Origin: an uncultured Pseudobdellovibrionaceae bacterium
GTDB lineage: Bacteria > Bdellovibrionota > Bdellovibrionia > Bdellovibrionales > JAGQZY01
Reading direction: 5' to 3'
NCBI GenBank assembly: GCA_964588335.1
Contig: CAZPOV010000020.1
Span: 1 to 64,000, forward strand
Length of the DNA: 64,000 nucleotides
Part shown: one piece after another, positions 27,837 through 37,379 of the stretch
Position numbering within the stretch: position 1 is the stretch's first letter
How the letters are laid out: each line of letters starts with the position of its first letter
Translations under genes and position numbers: made by a program
Notes under the pieces: model-generated
The model's database searches: none
Seen by the model: the letters and a program-made list of their open reading frames with translations, nothing else
Told to the model about the DNA's origin: nothing

Positions 27837-29870
27837 ATGCGATTATTGAGCGGGCTTCTTTTAGTTTTAAGTTTGTTTCTATTTATAGGATGTGGTGGCG
27901 CAGGCGATGCGGCACAGCCAGCTAGCGACGACAGCAATACATCAACTGGAACTGGGGGCGATGTCACGCCTACACCCAACCCCACGCCAGACCCTGACCC
28001 GGATCCTGTGCCTGTGCAACCTGTGCCAGGTGATATAGTCGCAGCATCAGAACCGGACCCAAACGCCACTTATCCCCCTTTAGGTCAAGCGATCGAGCCA
28101 ACACCAGATCCTTTTGTGGAGCCTAATACCGATTACGAAAAGCCTATTATTGGAATCACCTCACAACCCAATCCTTATATTGCGAGCAGTGCCGGCACTA
28201 TACAATTGCAAGCCGCTGACAACACTGGCGGATCAGGACTCCGAGATATTGAGTGCAGTATCGATGGCAGCGCCTACAGTTCGTGTTCCGAGACTGTCGC
28301 CATGGATAATCTTAGTGAAGGGTTACACACTTTAACCGCACGAGCCATTGACTGGGATGACAATATGTCGACTGAAGTGTCATATACTTTTTATGTCGAT
28401 CAGACGCCACCGACAGTGAGCATCGCCAATGCACCGGTGGCAGCAACCAAAGATGTATCAGCCGCCTTTGAGTTTCAAAGTGCTGATGGCGGTAGCGGCG
28501 TCTCGCATTATCGCTGTAAAATAGAAGATGGATCTTATGCCAATTGCAGTGATCAAGAATTGCTTGAAAATTTATCGGAGGGTCAACACACTTTAACTGT
28601 TCAAGCCGTCGATAATGTTGGAAATACATCGGCGCCACTCACCCATGACTGGGTGGTGGATCTTTCACCACCGATTATTAATGTTGTGAAGCAGCCGACT
28701 GCGGTCGTTTATGTCGACGACCCCGACCCGATTTTAAATTTCGATGTGTCGGATGTTTACAGTCCAAATAATGTATCTGTCGAGTGTAAACTCAATGGTG
28801 TTATTGTTGCTTGTGCCTCTGGCAACGATTATCCCACTCCAGCCAATCAACCGGCCAGTTTCACCTATGAAATTACCGCCACAGATGCTCTTGGTCACTC
28901 GTCGACTCAAACAATCACCTGGCAAGCGGTCAACGAAGCTGAGAATCGCTCAACAAGTATCATGGTTGGCGATATCCGTCCGGTCGATATCTTATTTGTC
29001 GTCGATAACTCTGGTTCAATGTCTTTTGAACGCTCCAATCTTGCTGAAAGAATTGATGGCATGATTAACATCATTGATGGTTTGGATTGGCAAATTGCTG
29101 TGACCAGTACAGATGTGACAAATACCGACAATAAATCTGATGGGAAGTTCATCGAATTGATTGGTATGCCTGGGAACTATATTCTCGATTCCTCCATGGA
29201 TCCAGCGACAGCCCAGTCGGTGTTTGGGAATACTGTCCAAAACTTTGGTGGCGGTTCAGGACGAGAAGAAGGAATCCATGCGTCTCGACGCGTGATCGAG
29301 CGCTATGTTGACGGCAACGTTCAACATAGAAGCTTTATTCGCGATGGCGCCGACCTTTCGATTGTGGTTCTTTCAGACGAAGATGAGAGCTCAAACGGTC
29401 AAGACGTTCGCACCACACCTCAACAGTTTGTGAATCTCGTCGATACCACATTCAATAATCAAAAGAATATGGTTTTTCACAGCATTATCACTCGCCCAGG
29501 TGATTCCACTTGCTTAAGTGGTCAAGGGGCTGCTTACGGTAACACCTACGACGAGCTGTCTCGCTTGACCGGTTACGGAGAGCAAGGCGGAGCGATCATT
29601 GGCTCGGTCTGTAACCAGGACTACACCAGCCAGCTGGCTGATATCGGGCAAAGTGTTAAAGACTTGCAAAACTCAATTAAACTTGAGTGCGCTCCATTTG
29701 ATGCGAACATGGATGGAACTCCTGAAGTTGCTGTTCTTTATCGCGCTGACGCTCAGCAGGCTTACGCTCCTTACAATGCACCCAACACGATCTCCAATGA
29801 TCGCGTGATCTTTAATGATCTACTGCCTCCTGGAGATTACAAAGTTGATTACAAATGTAAAATTAATTAA
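27837..29870 (+). CDS. Lipoprotein with Pro/Thr/Asp linker, tandem Ig-like repeats and a C-terminal von Willebrand factor A (vWA) domain
   Basis: The lipobox is LFLFIGC|GG. Two clearly homologous ~85-aa repeats are present: GGSGLRDIECSIDGSAYSSCSETVAMDNLSEGLHTLTARAIDWDDN... and GGSGVSHYRCKIEDGSYANCSDQELLENLSEGQHTLTVQAVDNVGN.... The vWA MIDAS start is VDILFVVDNSGSM. Confidence 0.8.
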   Translation: MRLLSGLLLVLSLFLFIGCGGAGDAAQPASDDSNTSTGTGGDVTPTPNPTPDPDPDPVPVQPVPGDIVAASEPDPNATYPPLGQAIEPTPDPFVEPNTDYEKPIIGITSQPNPYIASSAGTIQLQAADNTGGSGLRDIECSIDGSAYSSCSETVAMDNLSEGLHTLTARAIDWDDNMSTEVSYTFYVDQTPPTVSIANAPVAATKDVSAAFEFQSADGGSGVSHYRCKIEDGSYANCSDQELLENLSEGQHTLTVQAVDNVGNTSAPLTHDWVVDLSPPIINVVKQPTAVVYVDDPDPILNFDVSDVYSPNNVSVECKLNGVIVACASGNDYPTPANQPASFTYEITATDALGHSSTQTITWQAVNEAENRSTSIMVGDIRPVDILFVVDNSGSMSFERSNLAERIDGMINIIDGLDWQIAVTSTDVTNTDNKSDGKFIELIGMPGNYILDSSMDPATAQSVFGNTVQNFGGGSGREEGIHASRRVIERYVDGNVQHRSFIRDGADLSIVVLSDEDESSNGQDVRTTPQQFVNLVDTTFNNQKNMVFHSIITRPGDSTCLSGQGAAYGNTYDELSRLTGYGEQGGAIIGSVCNQDYTSQLADIGQSVKDLQNSIKLECAPFDANMDGTPEVAVLYRADAQQAYAPYNAPNTISNDRVIFNDLLPPGDYKVDYKCKIN

Positions 29871-29899
29871 TCCGAATGGAAATTGACAGTGACTCACAA

Positions 29900-29925
29900 C
29901 CCCCGCCTCCGACGGGGGTTTTTTA
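29900..29925 (+). terminator. Rho-independent terminator
   Basis: cccccg (29900-05), loop cctccga, cggggg (29913-18), followed by tttttt. Confidence 0.8.
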
Positions 29926-29995
29926 TTGCGACCTTTAAATATTATGTTACTTGTAGAAGTGACAACTCATCGATTTCCGACTAGCCTCTATAAGC

Positions 29996-31024
29996 ATGAG
30001 CCGAAAATCACAATCTTCCAATTGGAGCCAGTTTAACGACGAAGACTTATTAGAGCTTCGGTTCTGCGATTTGAAATTAAAAATACAAGGCAGTCGCATT
30101 GAACCCTTAGTCGAACAGCTTTACGATGAACTCGCTGACAAAGGCCTTCGCTTCGAACCCCATATATGGATTTCAGAGGACTGGTTTTCAGCCGACGGCA
30201 TTCCGGGAATCGCAGTGCCTTTTTTTGTGGTGCATGAGCGCTTAGCTCGCTTGGAACGCAAACTGATCCTTGAGGTTGAAGGTTTCAATCAACGAGAGTG
30301 CATGAAACTGCTTCGCCACGAAGCCGGACACGCCATCGACAATGCGTTCCGCCTCAGAAAGTCGAGAAAACGCCAGAATCTTTTTGGTTTGTCCTCCACT
30401 CCTTATCCCGAGGCCTATTCACCCAAAGCTTACTCGCGCAAATATGTGGTCCATCTGAATTCTTGGTATGCTCAAAGCCACCCCGACGAAGACTGGGCTG
30501 AGACGTTTGCGGTTTGGCTGAACCCGAAGTCGAATTGGCGCAAACGCTATCGAAACTGGCCGGCTCTTAAAAAATTGCAACTTGTTGATCAAATGATGCA
30601 AGAGATAGCGGGTCAGAAACCTCCGGTTCGTAAAAAGGAAAAACCAGGGCTGATTGATAAAAGTCGAAAAAAATTGAAAACCTATTACAACAACAAAAAA
30701 GAATATTTGGGGTTGGATGAACCGTTTTATCTCGATCCCCTGCTGGTGCGCCTGTTTTCGACCGCGCCTGAATTCAAAAAAAATAAACGAGCCGCCACCT
30801 TCATTCGTCAAGAGCGAAAATTGATTGCTGGCATGGTGGCGCGCTGGACAGGTCAGTATAAATACACAATTGATCTTATGTTGAGTGAGGTCATTCAAAG
30901 CTGCAAAGAAAAAAAACTCCATTTAACAAAGTCCGAAAAAGAAACACGCCTGGACCTTGTTGGAATGTTAACGGCCCAAACGCTGAATTATATTAGCTCC
31001 GGGCACCATACGATCGCGATGTGA
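29996..31024 (+). CDS. Putative zinc metallopeptidase (HExxH; resembles the 'putative zinc-binding metallo-peptidase' family)
   Basis: The HExxH motif lies in KLLRHEAGHAIDNAF, with a later HPDEDWAETFAVW. Lys/Arg-rich central segment. No signal peptide. Confidence 0.65.
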   Translation: MSRKSQSSNWSQFNDEDLLELRFCDLKLKIQGSRIEPLVEQLYDELADKGLRFEPHIWISEDWFSADGIPGIAVPFFVVHERLARLERKLILEVEGFNQRECMKLLRHEAGHAIDNAFRLRKSRKRQNLFGLSSTPYPEAYSPKAYSRKYVVHLNSWYAQSHPDEDWAETFAVWLNPKSNWRKRYRNWPALKKLQLVDQMMQEIAGQKPPVRKKEKPGLIDKSRKKLKTYYNNKKEYLGLDEPFYLDPLLVRLFSTAPEFKKNKRAATFIRQERKLIAGMVARWTGQYKYTIDLMLSEVIQSCKEKKLHLTKSEKETRLDLVGMLTAQTLNYISSGHHTIAM

Positions 31025-31027
31025 AAA

Positions 31028-32041
31028 ATGAAAATAATTTTGCTTGTCCACCCCGACCTTATCCCGCCTCCCGACATCAAAGAAAGCGAGATTGATTGGG
31101 ATAAGATTGAATGGGCCACCGAGTATGACGTTCACAAAGCACTGCTCGCCATGGGCCACGATGTGGTTTTACTGGGTGTGATGGAGGACCTTACTAAGAT
31201 TCGCAAAGCCATTGATGAGATCGACCCTCATATTGTGTTCAATCTCCTTGAGGAGTTCAAAGGTGAGGCGATTTTCGATCAAAATATTGTCAGCTATTTA
31301 GAGCTTCTCAGCATCCCCTATACTGGTTGCAACCCGAAAGGCATGATTATCGGTCGCGACAAAGCCCTGTCGAAAAAAATACTGAGTTATCATAAGATTA
31401 AAACTCCCAAATTCCAGGTCTTCCCTCGTAACAATCCGAGAAGAAAACTCAACTTAAAAAACTTTCCGGTGATCGTTAAATGCCTGAATGAAGAAGCCTC
31501 GCTAGGACTATCGCAAGCCTCCATTGTCCATAACGAAGACAAGCTTCGCGAACGAGTGGAGTTCATTCACAAACGATTTTCGACTGACGCCATTGCTGAG
31601 CAATTTATCGAGGGCCATGAATATTTTGTTGGAGTGATGGGGAATTACCGATTAGAGACATTGCCGGTTTGGGAATTGAAGTTTGAATCCGTCGACGATC
31701 CTGGCAAAGAGTTTTATTCTACAAAAGCCAAATTTGACTATGGGTACAGAGACCGAAAAGGTATTAAAACAGGCCCCGCCGATTTGAATGAGGATCAAAG
31801 ATTGGCTTTGCAGAAGTTGGCAAAGCGGGCCTATAAAGCCCTTGGCCTCAGTGGCTATGCGCGCATGGATTTACGAGTCGACGAATCGGGACAGGCTTAT
31901 TTGTTGGAGGCCAACCCCAACCCCGATATCTCAGAATTCGATGATTTTGCTGAAAGTGCAAAAAAGCAGGGGTACACTTACCACGAACTGTTAGCGAAAA
32001 TATTGCGACTTGGCCGCCAATGGAACCCCATCGATCATTGA
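31028..32041 (+). CDS. ATP-grasp enzyme, D-alanine--D-alanine-ligase-like family
   Basis: KALSKKILSYHKIKTPKF, PVIVKCLNEEASLGLSQASIV, EQFIEGHEYFVGVMGN and YARMDLRVDESGQAYLLEANPNPDI follow the ATP-grasp order. The gene starts 3 nt after the peptidase gene. Confidence 0.85.
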   Translation: MKIILLVHPDLIPPPDIKESEIDWDKIEWATEYDVHKALLAMGHDVVLLGVMEDLTKIRKAIDEIDPHIVFNLLEEFKGEAIFDQNIVSYLELLSIPYTGCNPKGMIIGRDKALSKKILSYHKIKTPKFQVFPRNNPRRKLNLKNFPVIVKCLNEEASLGLSQASIVHNEDKLRERVEFIHKRFSTDAIAEQFIEGHEYFVGVMGNYRLETLPVWELKFESVDDPGKEFYSTKAKFDYGYRDRKGIKTGPADLNEDQRLALQKLAKRAYKALGLSGYARMDLRVDESGQAYLLEANPNPDISEFDDFAESAKKQGYTYHELLAKILRLGRQWNPIDH

Positions 32042-32119
32042 ACGATTTACATTGGAACAGATTACAAATGAGACCGCCACTGGCCGAGCTCAAATTTGTA
32101 TGTTAGACGTTAGCGATAC

Positions 32120-34147
32120 ATGAAAATTCTATATTGTGTTGAGGAGGCTCCAATCGCACCTGCAGAACGCCCATTCGATCAAAACATTAACAAACCCGTT
32201 TTCTTTCTCTCCTCTTTTATTATTTTTGTGGTCACTTTGCTGGGAGCCATTGCGCCCGAGGTGGCGAAAACAGTTTTTGACGGCATTCAGGATTGGCTGA
32301 TCGTAAAAACCAGCTGGATTTATGTTCTTGGAGTCGGAACCGTTTTGTTTTTTTCGATCTGGTTGATGATGAGCCGCATGGGCGACATCAAACTGGGGCC
32401 GGACCACTCGGAGCCCGACTACCAAAACCTGTCTTGGTTTGCCATGTTGTTTTCAGCCGGAATGGGTATCGGACTTTTATTTTTTGGCGTTGCCGAACCC
32501 TTGATGCACTTTTCACAACCTCCTGTCGGTGAGCCGTTAACAATGGCAACCGCCCAAGAGGCCATGAAAATCACATTCTTTCACTGGGGCCTGCATGCGT
32601 GGGCTATCTATGCCGTACTCGCCGTTATATTGGCCTATTTCGCGTACCGCAAAGACTTACCGCTGTTACCACGTTCCGCCTTCTATCCCTTAATCGGCAA
32701 AAAAATTTACGGCGTCACCGGTGATATCATTGATACCTTTTGTGTGATTGGAACGCTTTTTGGAGTGGCGACATCGTTAGGATTGGGCGTCGCTCAGGTG
32801 AACGCTGGGCTTAATTATTTGATGCCGGCGATTCCGCAAACCGCCGTTGTGCAAGTGATATTGATCGCCATCATCACAGGCATGGCGACAGTCTCTGTGG
32901 TTCTTGGCTTGGATGGTGGCATCAAACGCCTTTCCAATATCAATATGATTTTGGCGGCCGGCTTGCTTTTATTTGTTTTACTTTTTGGTGAAACCGTCAT
33001 GCTTTTTAAATCCTATGTTCAAAACACAGGAGCTTACCTTTCTGACATCATTTATAAGACTTTCAACCTTTACACCTATGAACGGCAAGAGGAATGGGTC
33101 GGTGGCTGGACCCTTCTTTACTGGGGCTGGTGGGTGTCATGGGCCCCCTTTGTCGGAATGTTTATCGCCAGGATCTCCCGCGGACGGACAATTCGCCAGT
33201 TTATGGCGGGGGTTCTTTTTATTCCTGCTGGTTTCACCTTTTTCTGGATGACCGTCTTTGGTAACACCGCCATTGATTTGGTTTTGAATAAAAATGGAGG
33301 CGATCTCATCAAAGTGGTCAACGAGAATGTTCCAGTTGCCCTGTTTCGCTTTCTCGAATTCTTTCCCATGTCTGGGGCACTGTCGGTTTTAGGTCTCTGC
33401 TTGGTGGTCACTTTCTTTGTGAGTTCATCGGATTCAGGATCTTTGGTCATCGACACCTTGGCTTCCGGGGGAGCTCAAGAGCCGCCGGTTTGGCAGCGCA
33501 TTTATTGGGCTGTTCTCGAAGGATTTGTCGCCGCGGTCTTACTTTTAACCGGCGGTCTTGAGGCCCTACAAACCATGACCATCGCCTCAGCCTTTCCAAT
33601 GATTTTACTGATTATGGTGGCCATGATTTCCTTCGTAAAATCCCTGAAAGAGGACTACACCCTATTCAGCGCCGTTCAAAACCCCACACTAGCGGCGCCC
33701 CCGACGGCCACTCCCGGCGGCAAGCATTGGCTGGATCGCCTAGATTCCATTATTAGCCACCCGCGACTGAACGAGGCTCAACGCTTTATCAATGAAGTGG
33801 TCAGACCCGGTCTAGGAGAGCTCTGTGATGAGTTGAAAAATAAGAATTTTGATGTCAATCTTGACCTTAGTAAGACCGATTCGGTTCGACTGGTTGTCCG
33901 CAATAAAGGGGTGGAAAATTTCAATTATGGAGTTCGTCTGCGAACCTTCGTAACTCCCAATTACATCCCTGAAATGAACGACTACTATTATCGCGCCGAA
34001 GTCTTCCTACTCCAAGGGGGCCAAGATTACGACGTTTATGGATACAGCAAAGAACAGGTTATTGCCGATGCGATCAACCAATACAAAAAGCATTTGCATT
34101 ACCTCCATCTCACCCACTCGGAACAGTGGCGGGCTGAAGACGTCTAA
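32120..34147 (+). CDS. BCCT-family (betaine/carnitine/choline) transporter with long C-terminal cytoplasmic tail
   Basis: The BCCT signature is WTLLYWGWWVSWAPFVGMFIARISRGRTIRQF, in a 12-TM layout. Confidence 0.95.
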   Translation: MKILYCVEEAPIAPAERPFDQNINKPVFFLSSFIIFVVTLLGAIAPEVAKTVFDGIQDWLIVKTSWIYVLGVGTVLFFSIWLMMSRMGDIKLGPDHSEPDYQNLSWFAMLFSAGMGIGLLFFGVAEPLMHFSQPPVGEPLTMATAQEAMKITFFHWGLHAWAIYAVLAVILAYFAYRKDLPLLPRSAFYPLIGKKIYGVTGDIIDTFCVIGTLFGVATSLGLGVAQVNAGLNYLMPAIPQTAVVQVILIAIITGMATVSVVLGLDGGIKRLSNINMILAAGLLLFVLLFGETVMLFKSYVQNTGAYLSDIIYKTFNLYTYERQEEWVGGWTLLYWGWWVSWAPFVGMFIARISRGRTIRQFMAGVLFIPAGFTFFWMTVFGNTAIDLVLNKNGGDLIKVVNENVPVALFRFLEFFPMSGALSVLGLCLVVTFFVSSSDSGSLVIDTLASGGAQEPPVWQRIYWAVLEGFVAAVLLLTGGLEALQTMTIASAFPMILLIMVAMISFVKSLKEDYTLFSAVQNPTLAAPPTATPGGKHWLDRLDSIISHPRLNEAQRFINEVVRPGLGELCDELKNKNFDVNLDLSKTDSVRLVVRNKGVENFNYGVRLRTFVTPNYIPEMNDYYYRAEVFLLQGGQDYDVYGYSKEQVIADAINQYKKHLHYLHLTHSEQWRAEDV

Positions 34148-34156
34148 AGAGGCTGT

Positions 34157-35095
34157 ATGCTAGAATCCATTGAACCGTACATGGGTTTCAAATTTATTTA
34201 TCTCATCCTTGTCGCTTCCGGAGCTTTTTTCCTTTTAACCCGAGGCATCTTCATCATTCGTCGTGAAGAAAGACGGCGCATTAAAAAAGCCAAAAAAATG
34301 GACTATTCCGAGGCTGTTATTCCGGCCGAGTCCGTGGAAGAGGATGACGGCGAAAACTTGATCAATCGCCGCCGTGCTGTGCAGAGTATCGAAGCTCGGT
34401 TTGATTTTATGCGACGGTTTTATATACCGCTGGTTCTTTTCTTCAGTCTGGTTCTGATATCCTTTCCTTTTCTGCCAACATTGCCAGCCACCTATCTGTC
34501 CCTTTTTACAGGTCTGATTGCCGGTCTTTTTGGACTGGCCGCCAAGCCGGTCATCGAAAATGCAATTGCAGGCATGGTTCTTACTTTTTCACAACCGATT
34601 CGCATCAATGACACTGTCGTTATCGATGATCAATACGGTACGGTCGAAAAAATTGACCTCCTTCACACCCGCATTAAAATTTGGAATTGGCGTCGTCTGG
34701 TCATCCCCAATCACAAACTTTTGCAAAAAGAAATTCAAAACTTAACCTTAGGTGATGAAAACGAATGGGCTCACATCGCCTTTTATGTAGAACCCAATGT
34801 CGACATTCATAAAGTGAAAACTCTAGCCAAAGCGTCCATGGACTCTAAGTATAGAGACGACAGCGAAGAGGCCTCGTTTTGGATTATGGATATGGACAAA
34901 GACTCCATTCTTTGTTGGGTCGCCGGCTGGGCCTCGGATCCCGCCCAAGCCTGGGCCCTAAAGTCGGCCGCCCGACGCAACCTTATTCAAAGCCTGCGTG
35001 ATGCCAACATCTCCTTTCAAATGGCCAATACGAATATTCAAATGGACCCTAAAATCTTTGCGCACTTCCGAGGTAAAAATGAACCCATGGCATGA
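34157..35095 (+). CDS. Mechanosensitive ion channel (MscS) family protein
   Basis: TM helices are followed by the MscS beta-domain pattern [42 protein letters not shown]. Confidence 0.8.
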   Translation: MLESIEPYMGFKFIYLILVASGAFFLLTRGIFIIRREERRRIKKAKKMDYSEAVIPAESVEEDDGENLINRRRAVQSIEARFDFMRRFYIPLVLFFSLVLISFPFLPTLPATYLSLFTGLIAGLFGLAAKPVIENAIAGMVLTFSQPIRINDTVVIDDQYGTVEKIDLLHTRIKIWNWRRLVIPNHKLLQKEIQNLTLGDENEWAHIAFYVEPNVDIHKVKTLAKASMDSKYRDDSEEASFWIMDMDKDSILCWVAGWASDPAQAWALKSAARRNLIQSLRDANISFQMANTNIQMDPKIFAHFRGKNEPMA

Positions 35096-35609
35096 TGTTA
35101 AGATCGGTCCGAATGCGCCGACCGAAGTTTCAGCAATCATCGAGGTCCCGAAAGGTTCGAAAAACAAATATGAATTGGACAAAGACAGCGGTTTGATAAA
35201 AGTCGACCGGGTCTTATTCAGTGCTGTCCACTACCCGGCCAACTACGGATTTATTCCGCAAACCTACTGTGAAGACAAAGATCCTTTGGATATTCTTGTC
35301 TTAGGACAAGAGCCGGTCTACCCGATGTCGATTATGACGGCCAAACCCATTGGCGTCATGAAAATGAAAGACGAAGGCGAGGCCGACGACAAAATCATCG
35401 CCGTCCATCTTCACGATCCTGAGTACTGTGATTACGAGAGCATCCATGATTTGCCCAGCCATCGCTTAAGCGAGGTGCGCCGTTTCTTTGAGGACTACAA
35501 AACCTTGGAAGACAAAATCGTGGTCGTAGAACATTTTCTTGATACCGATGCGGCTCACAAAACCATTCTCGATAGCATTGCCCTTTATAAAAAAACTTTT
35601 AAGCCTTGA
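35079..35609 (+). CDS. ppa: Inorganic pyrophosphatase, family I
   Basis: Colinear with E. coli Ppa: [42 protein letters not shown]. Start placed at MNPWHDV (ATG 35079), which overlaps the MscS 3' end by 17 nt. Confidence 0.95.
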   Translation: MNPWHDVKIGPNAPTEVSAIIEVPKGSKNKYELDKDSGLIKVDRVLFSAVHYPANYGFIPQTYCEDKDPLDILVLGQEPVYPMSIMTAKPIGVMKMKDEGEADDKIIAVHLHDPEYCDYESIHDLPSHRLSEVRRFFEDYKTLEDKIVVVEHFLDTDAAHKTILDSIALYKKTFKP

Positions 35610-35639
35610 TTCTTGGTGGGTTTATCTTGGCGTGAAAGC

Positions 35640-35753
35640 CTTTACTGAGGTTCCTGAAATCAAGACCGGGCTCCTGCCCTTGCCGGCATTTCGCCCTTTG
35701 GGCGAAAACGCGTCACGCTTGCCGGAGTCTTGATTTCAGGAACCTCAGTAAAG
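35640..35753. repeat. Structured intergenic repeat, copy 1 (27-bp perfect outer stem around a ~60-nt conserved core)
   Basis: Left arm ctttactgaggttcctgaaatcaagac (35640-35666) pairs perfectly with right arm gtcttgatttcaggaacctcagtaaag (35727-35753). The core cgggctcctgcccttgccggcatttcgccctttgggcgaaaacgcgtcacgcttgccggag recurs, reverse-complemented, at 41876-41938. Confidence 0.85.
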
Positions 35754-35764
35754 ACTTGTCGTGC

Positions 35765-36736
35765 CTAAGATTTCCACCACTTTACGAAGTCGGTCATGGC
35801 TTGTTGGTTTGAGACTTTGGGTTGGTAGTTGAGTTTGGTTTTTACTTTTTCAATATTCATGGTCATAGTGTAGGCTGAGACCGCTAATTTTACAGGAAGA
35901 ATTCTGGGTTCTCTTTTGATTTTTAAAGTTTTGCAAACAACCTCGTTGAACTGAGCCATCGGCATCAATACACCCAACGGCCATCGCTTCCTTTGACCGT
36001 CCATTCCGACTTTTTCTAATCCTGTTTCGATAAAATTCCAAAAATTCACCGGATCGCCGTTGGTCACATTGTAAACCTCTCCGAATGCTTCAGGCTCGAC
36101 GTGCAAACAACGCTCCAGGAGCTCCACCAGATTGTCAATGGATGTGAATTCCGCCAGATTCTCTCCGTTTCCCACTTGCACCAGGCGACCTTGTTTGCGC
36201 ATTTCAATGACTCGTGGAAACCAATTGCGGTCGCCAGCACCAATAACACCTCTCGGTCTTAACGACAGAGTTAATAGTTGTTTGCCATGAGCTTGGCTGA
36301 CGATCTGTTCGGCTTGATATTTCGTCTCGGCATAAGCGTTTATAAATTGTTTGGGGATGTCCTGCTCTTTTAGGTCCCACTGATCTTTATAAGCTGTATA
36401 AACCGACGGTGACGATAGGTTGATAAATCGTGTGACCGAACTGTTTTGACAGGCCTTCACAAGATTGTCGGTGGCTTGTACGTTGCCTTGATAATAATCC
36501 ACAAAAGGTCCCCAGGTGCCCGCCTTGCCTGCACAATGGATGACGACATCCATATCTTTAACGGCCGTACGACATTGTTCGCTATCAAGCAAATCCAATG
36601 GGCGATAGTGGCCAGCAAAATCTTTTGGTTTGTTTTGTCCGCGTCCACTACCGTAGACCGAGTGCGCCTTTTTTTGCAGATGCTTGGCTGTGGCCTCGCC
36701 GATAAAGCCACTCACCCCTGTGATTAGTACATTCAT
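35765..36736 (-). CDS. NAD-dependent epimerase/dehydratase (extended SDR; 3-beta-HSD-like)
   Basis: Start trimmed to MNVLITGVSGFIGEA (GxxGxxG Rossmann motif). The catalytic YxxxK lies in YAETKYQAE. Confidence 0.85.
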   Translation of the reverse strand: MNVLITGVSGFIGEATAKHLQKKAHSVYGSGRGQNKPKDFAGHYRPLDLLDSEQCRTAVKDMDVVIHCAGKAGTWGPFVDYYQGNVQATDNLVKACQNSSVTRFINLSSPSVYTAYKDQWDLKEQDIPKQFINAYAETKYQAEQIVSQAHGKQLLTLSLRPRGVIGAGDRNWFPRVIEMRKQGRLVQVGNGENLAEFTSIDNLVELLERCLHVEPEAFGEVYNVTNGDPVNFWNFIETGLEKVGMDGQRKRWPLGVLMPMAQFNEVVCKTLKIKREPRILPVKLAVSAYTMTMNIEKVKTKLNYQPKVSNQQAMTDFVKWWKS

Positions 36737-36823
36737 AACAATGCAATGACAGGACAACCTTAGAAAATCAAGAAATGTCTTCACTTTACTTTGTTGTTTC
36801 TTTGCTAACAGTTGTTTTCTACT

Positions 36824-37246
36824 TTATTCACAGAGGGTGAGATCTTCGAGACGCTCCGGGGCTCCAAGGTTCATCCACGCCGCCATCAAATTGATGTTTT
36901 CATCGCTGACTGGGGGAGCGGCAAAAGGCATGCGACCACTGTCCATAGAATTAAAGATCTGTTGCAAGTGGGCGGTGACACCAGCGAAGTTGGAAGTATT
37001 GATTCCTGCGGCTGGAGAATTTCCACCGTGGCACTGAGTGCAGGTGGTGGAGAAAATGGCTTGATTGACATCTTGAAAATCAACCAATTCCATTTCCGAC
37101 GGCAGGCAATCAAGGTTTGTCCCCGTATCCTCTTTTCCCATACCGTCGCCTAAAGTTGTTTCGTCGTTGATCGATTCCGGACGTTGATGGGTCGCCGAAC
37201 AAGCAACCAGCCCAAAAACAAAGAGTATAAGTGTTAGTTTTTTCAT
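36824..37246 (-). CDS. Small lipoprotein with a single CxxCH haem-c motif (PSCyt1-like cytochrome c domain)
   Basis: Start trimmed to MKKLTLILFVFGLVAC|S (lipobox). It contains FSTTCTQCHGGNSPAAGI...GRMP...DENINLMAAWMNLGAP, which matches my recollection of the Planctomycete-type cytochrome c (PSCyt1) pattern. Confidence 0.55.
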   Translation of the reverse strand: MKKLTLILFVFGLVACSATHQRPESINDETTLGDGMGKEDTGTNLDCLPSEMELVDFQDVNQAIFSTTCTQCHGGNSPAAGINTSNFAGVTAHLQQIFNSMDSGRMPFAAPPVSDENINLMAAWMNLGAPERLEDLTLCE

Positions 37247-37379
37247 AAACTCCCCCCTTGCGGCCCACACCGGGCAGCATTTTCCGCTGAGACGCGACTG
37301 AGCCGACTTCCAACGGTCGGCTGTTGAAATTACAATAGGCAAAAAAGGGTCTCGACGGAACGAACATGAGCTGGTAAAA

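Noticed and set aside
27940-28040. Low-complexity repetitive DNA (acgcc/accc/gaccc repeats) considered as a possible tandem repeat
   Set aside because: It is in frame within the vWA lipoprotein gene and encodes a Pro/Thr/Asp linker (TPTPNPTPDPDPDPVPVQPVP). It is a coding low-complexity region, not a separate element.
30419-30922. 167-aa minus-strand ORF inside the HExxH peptidase gene
   Set aside because: It is a Phe-rich mirror image of the Lys-rich segment of the plus-strand gene, which carries the HEAGH motif.
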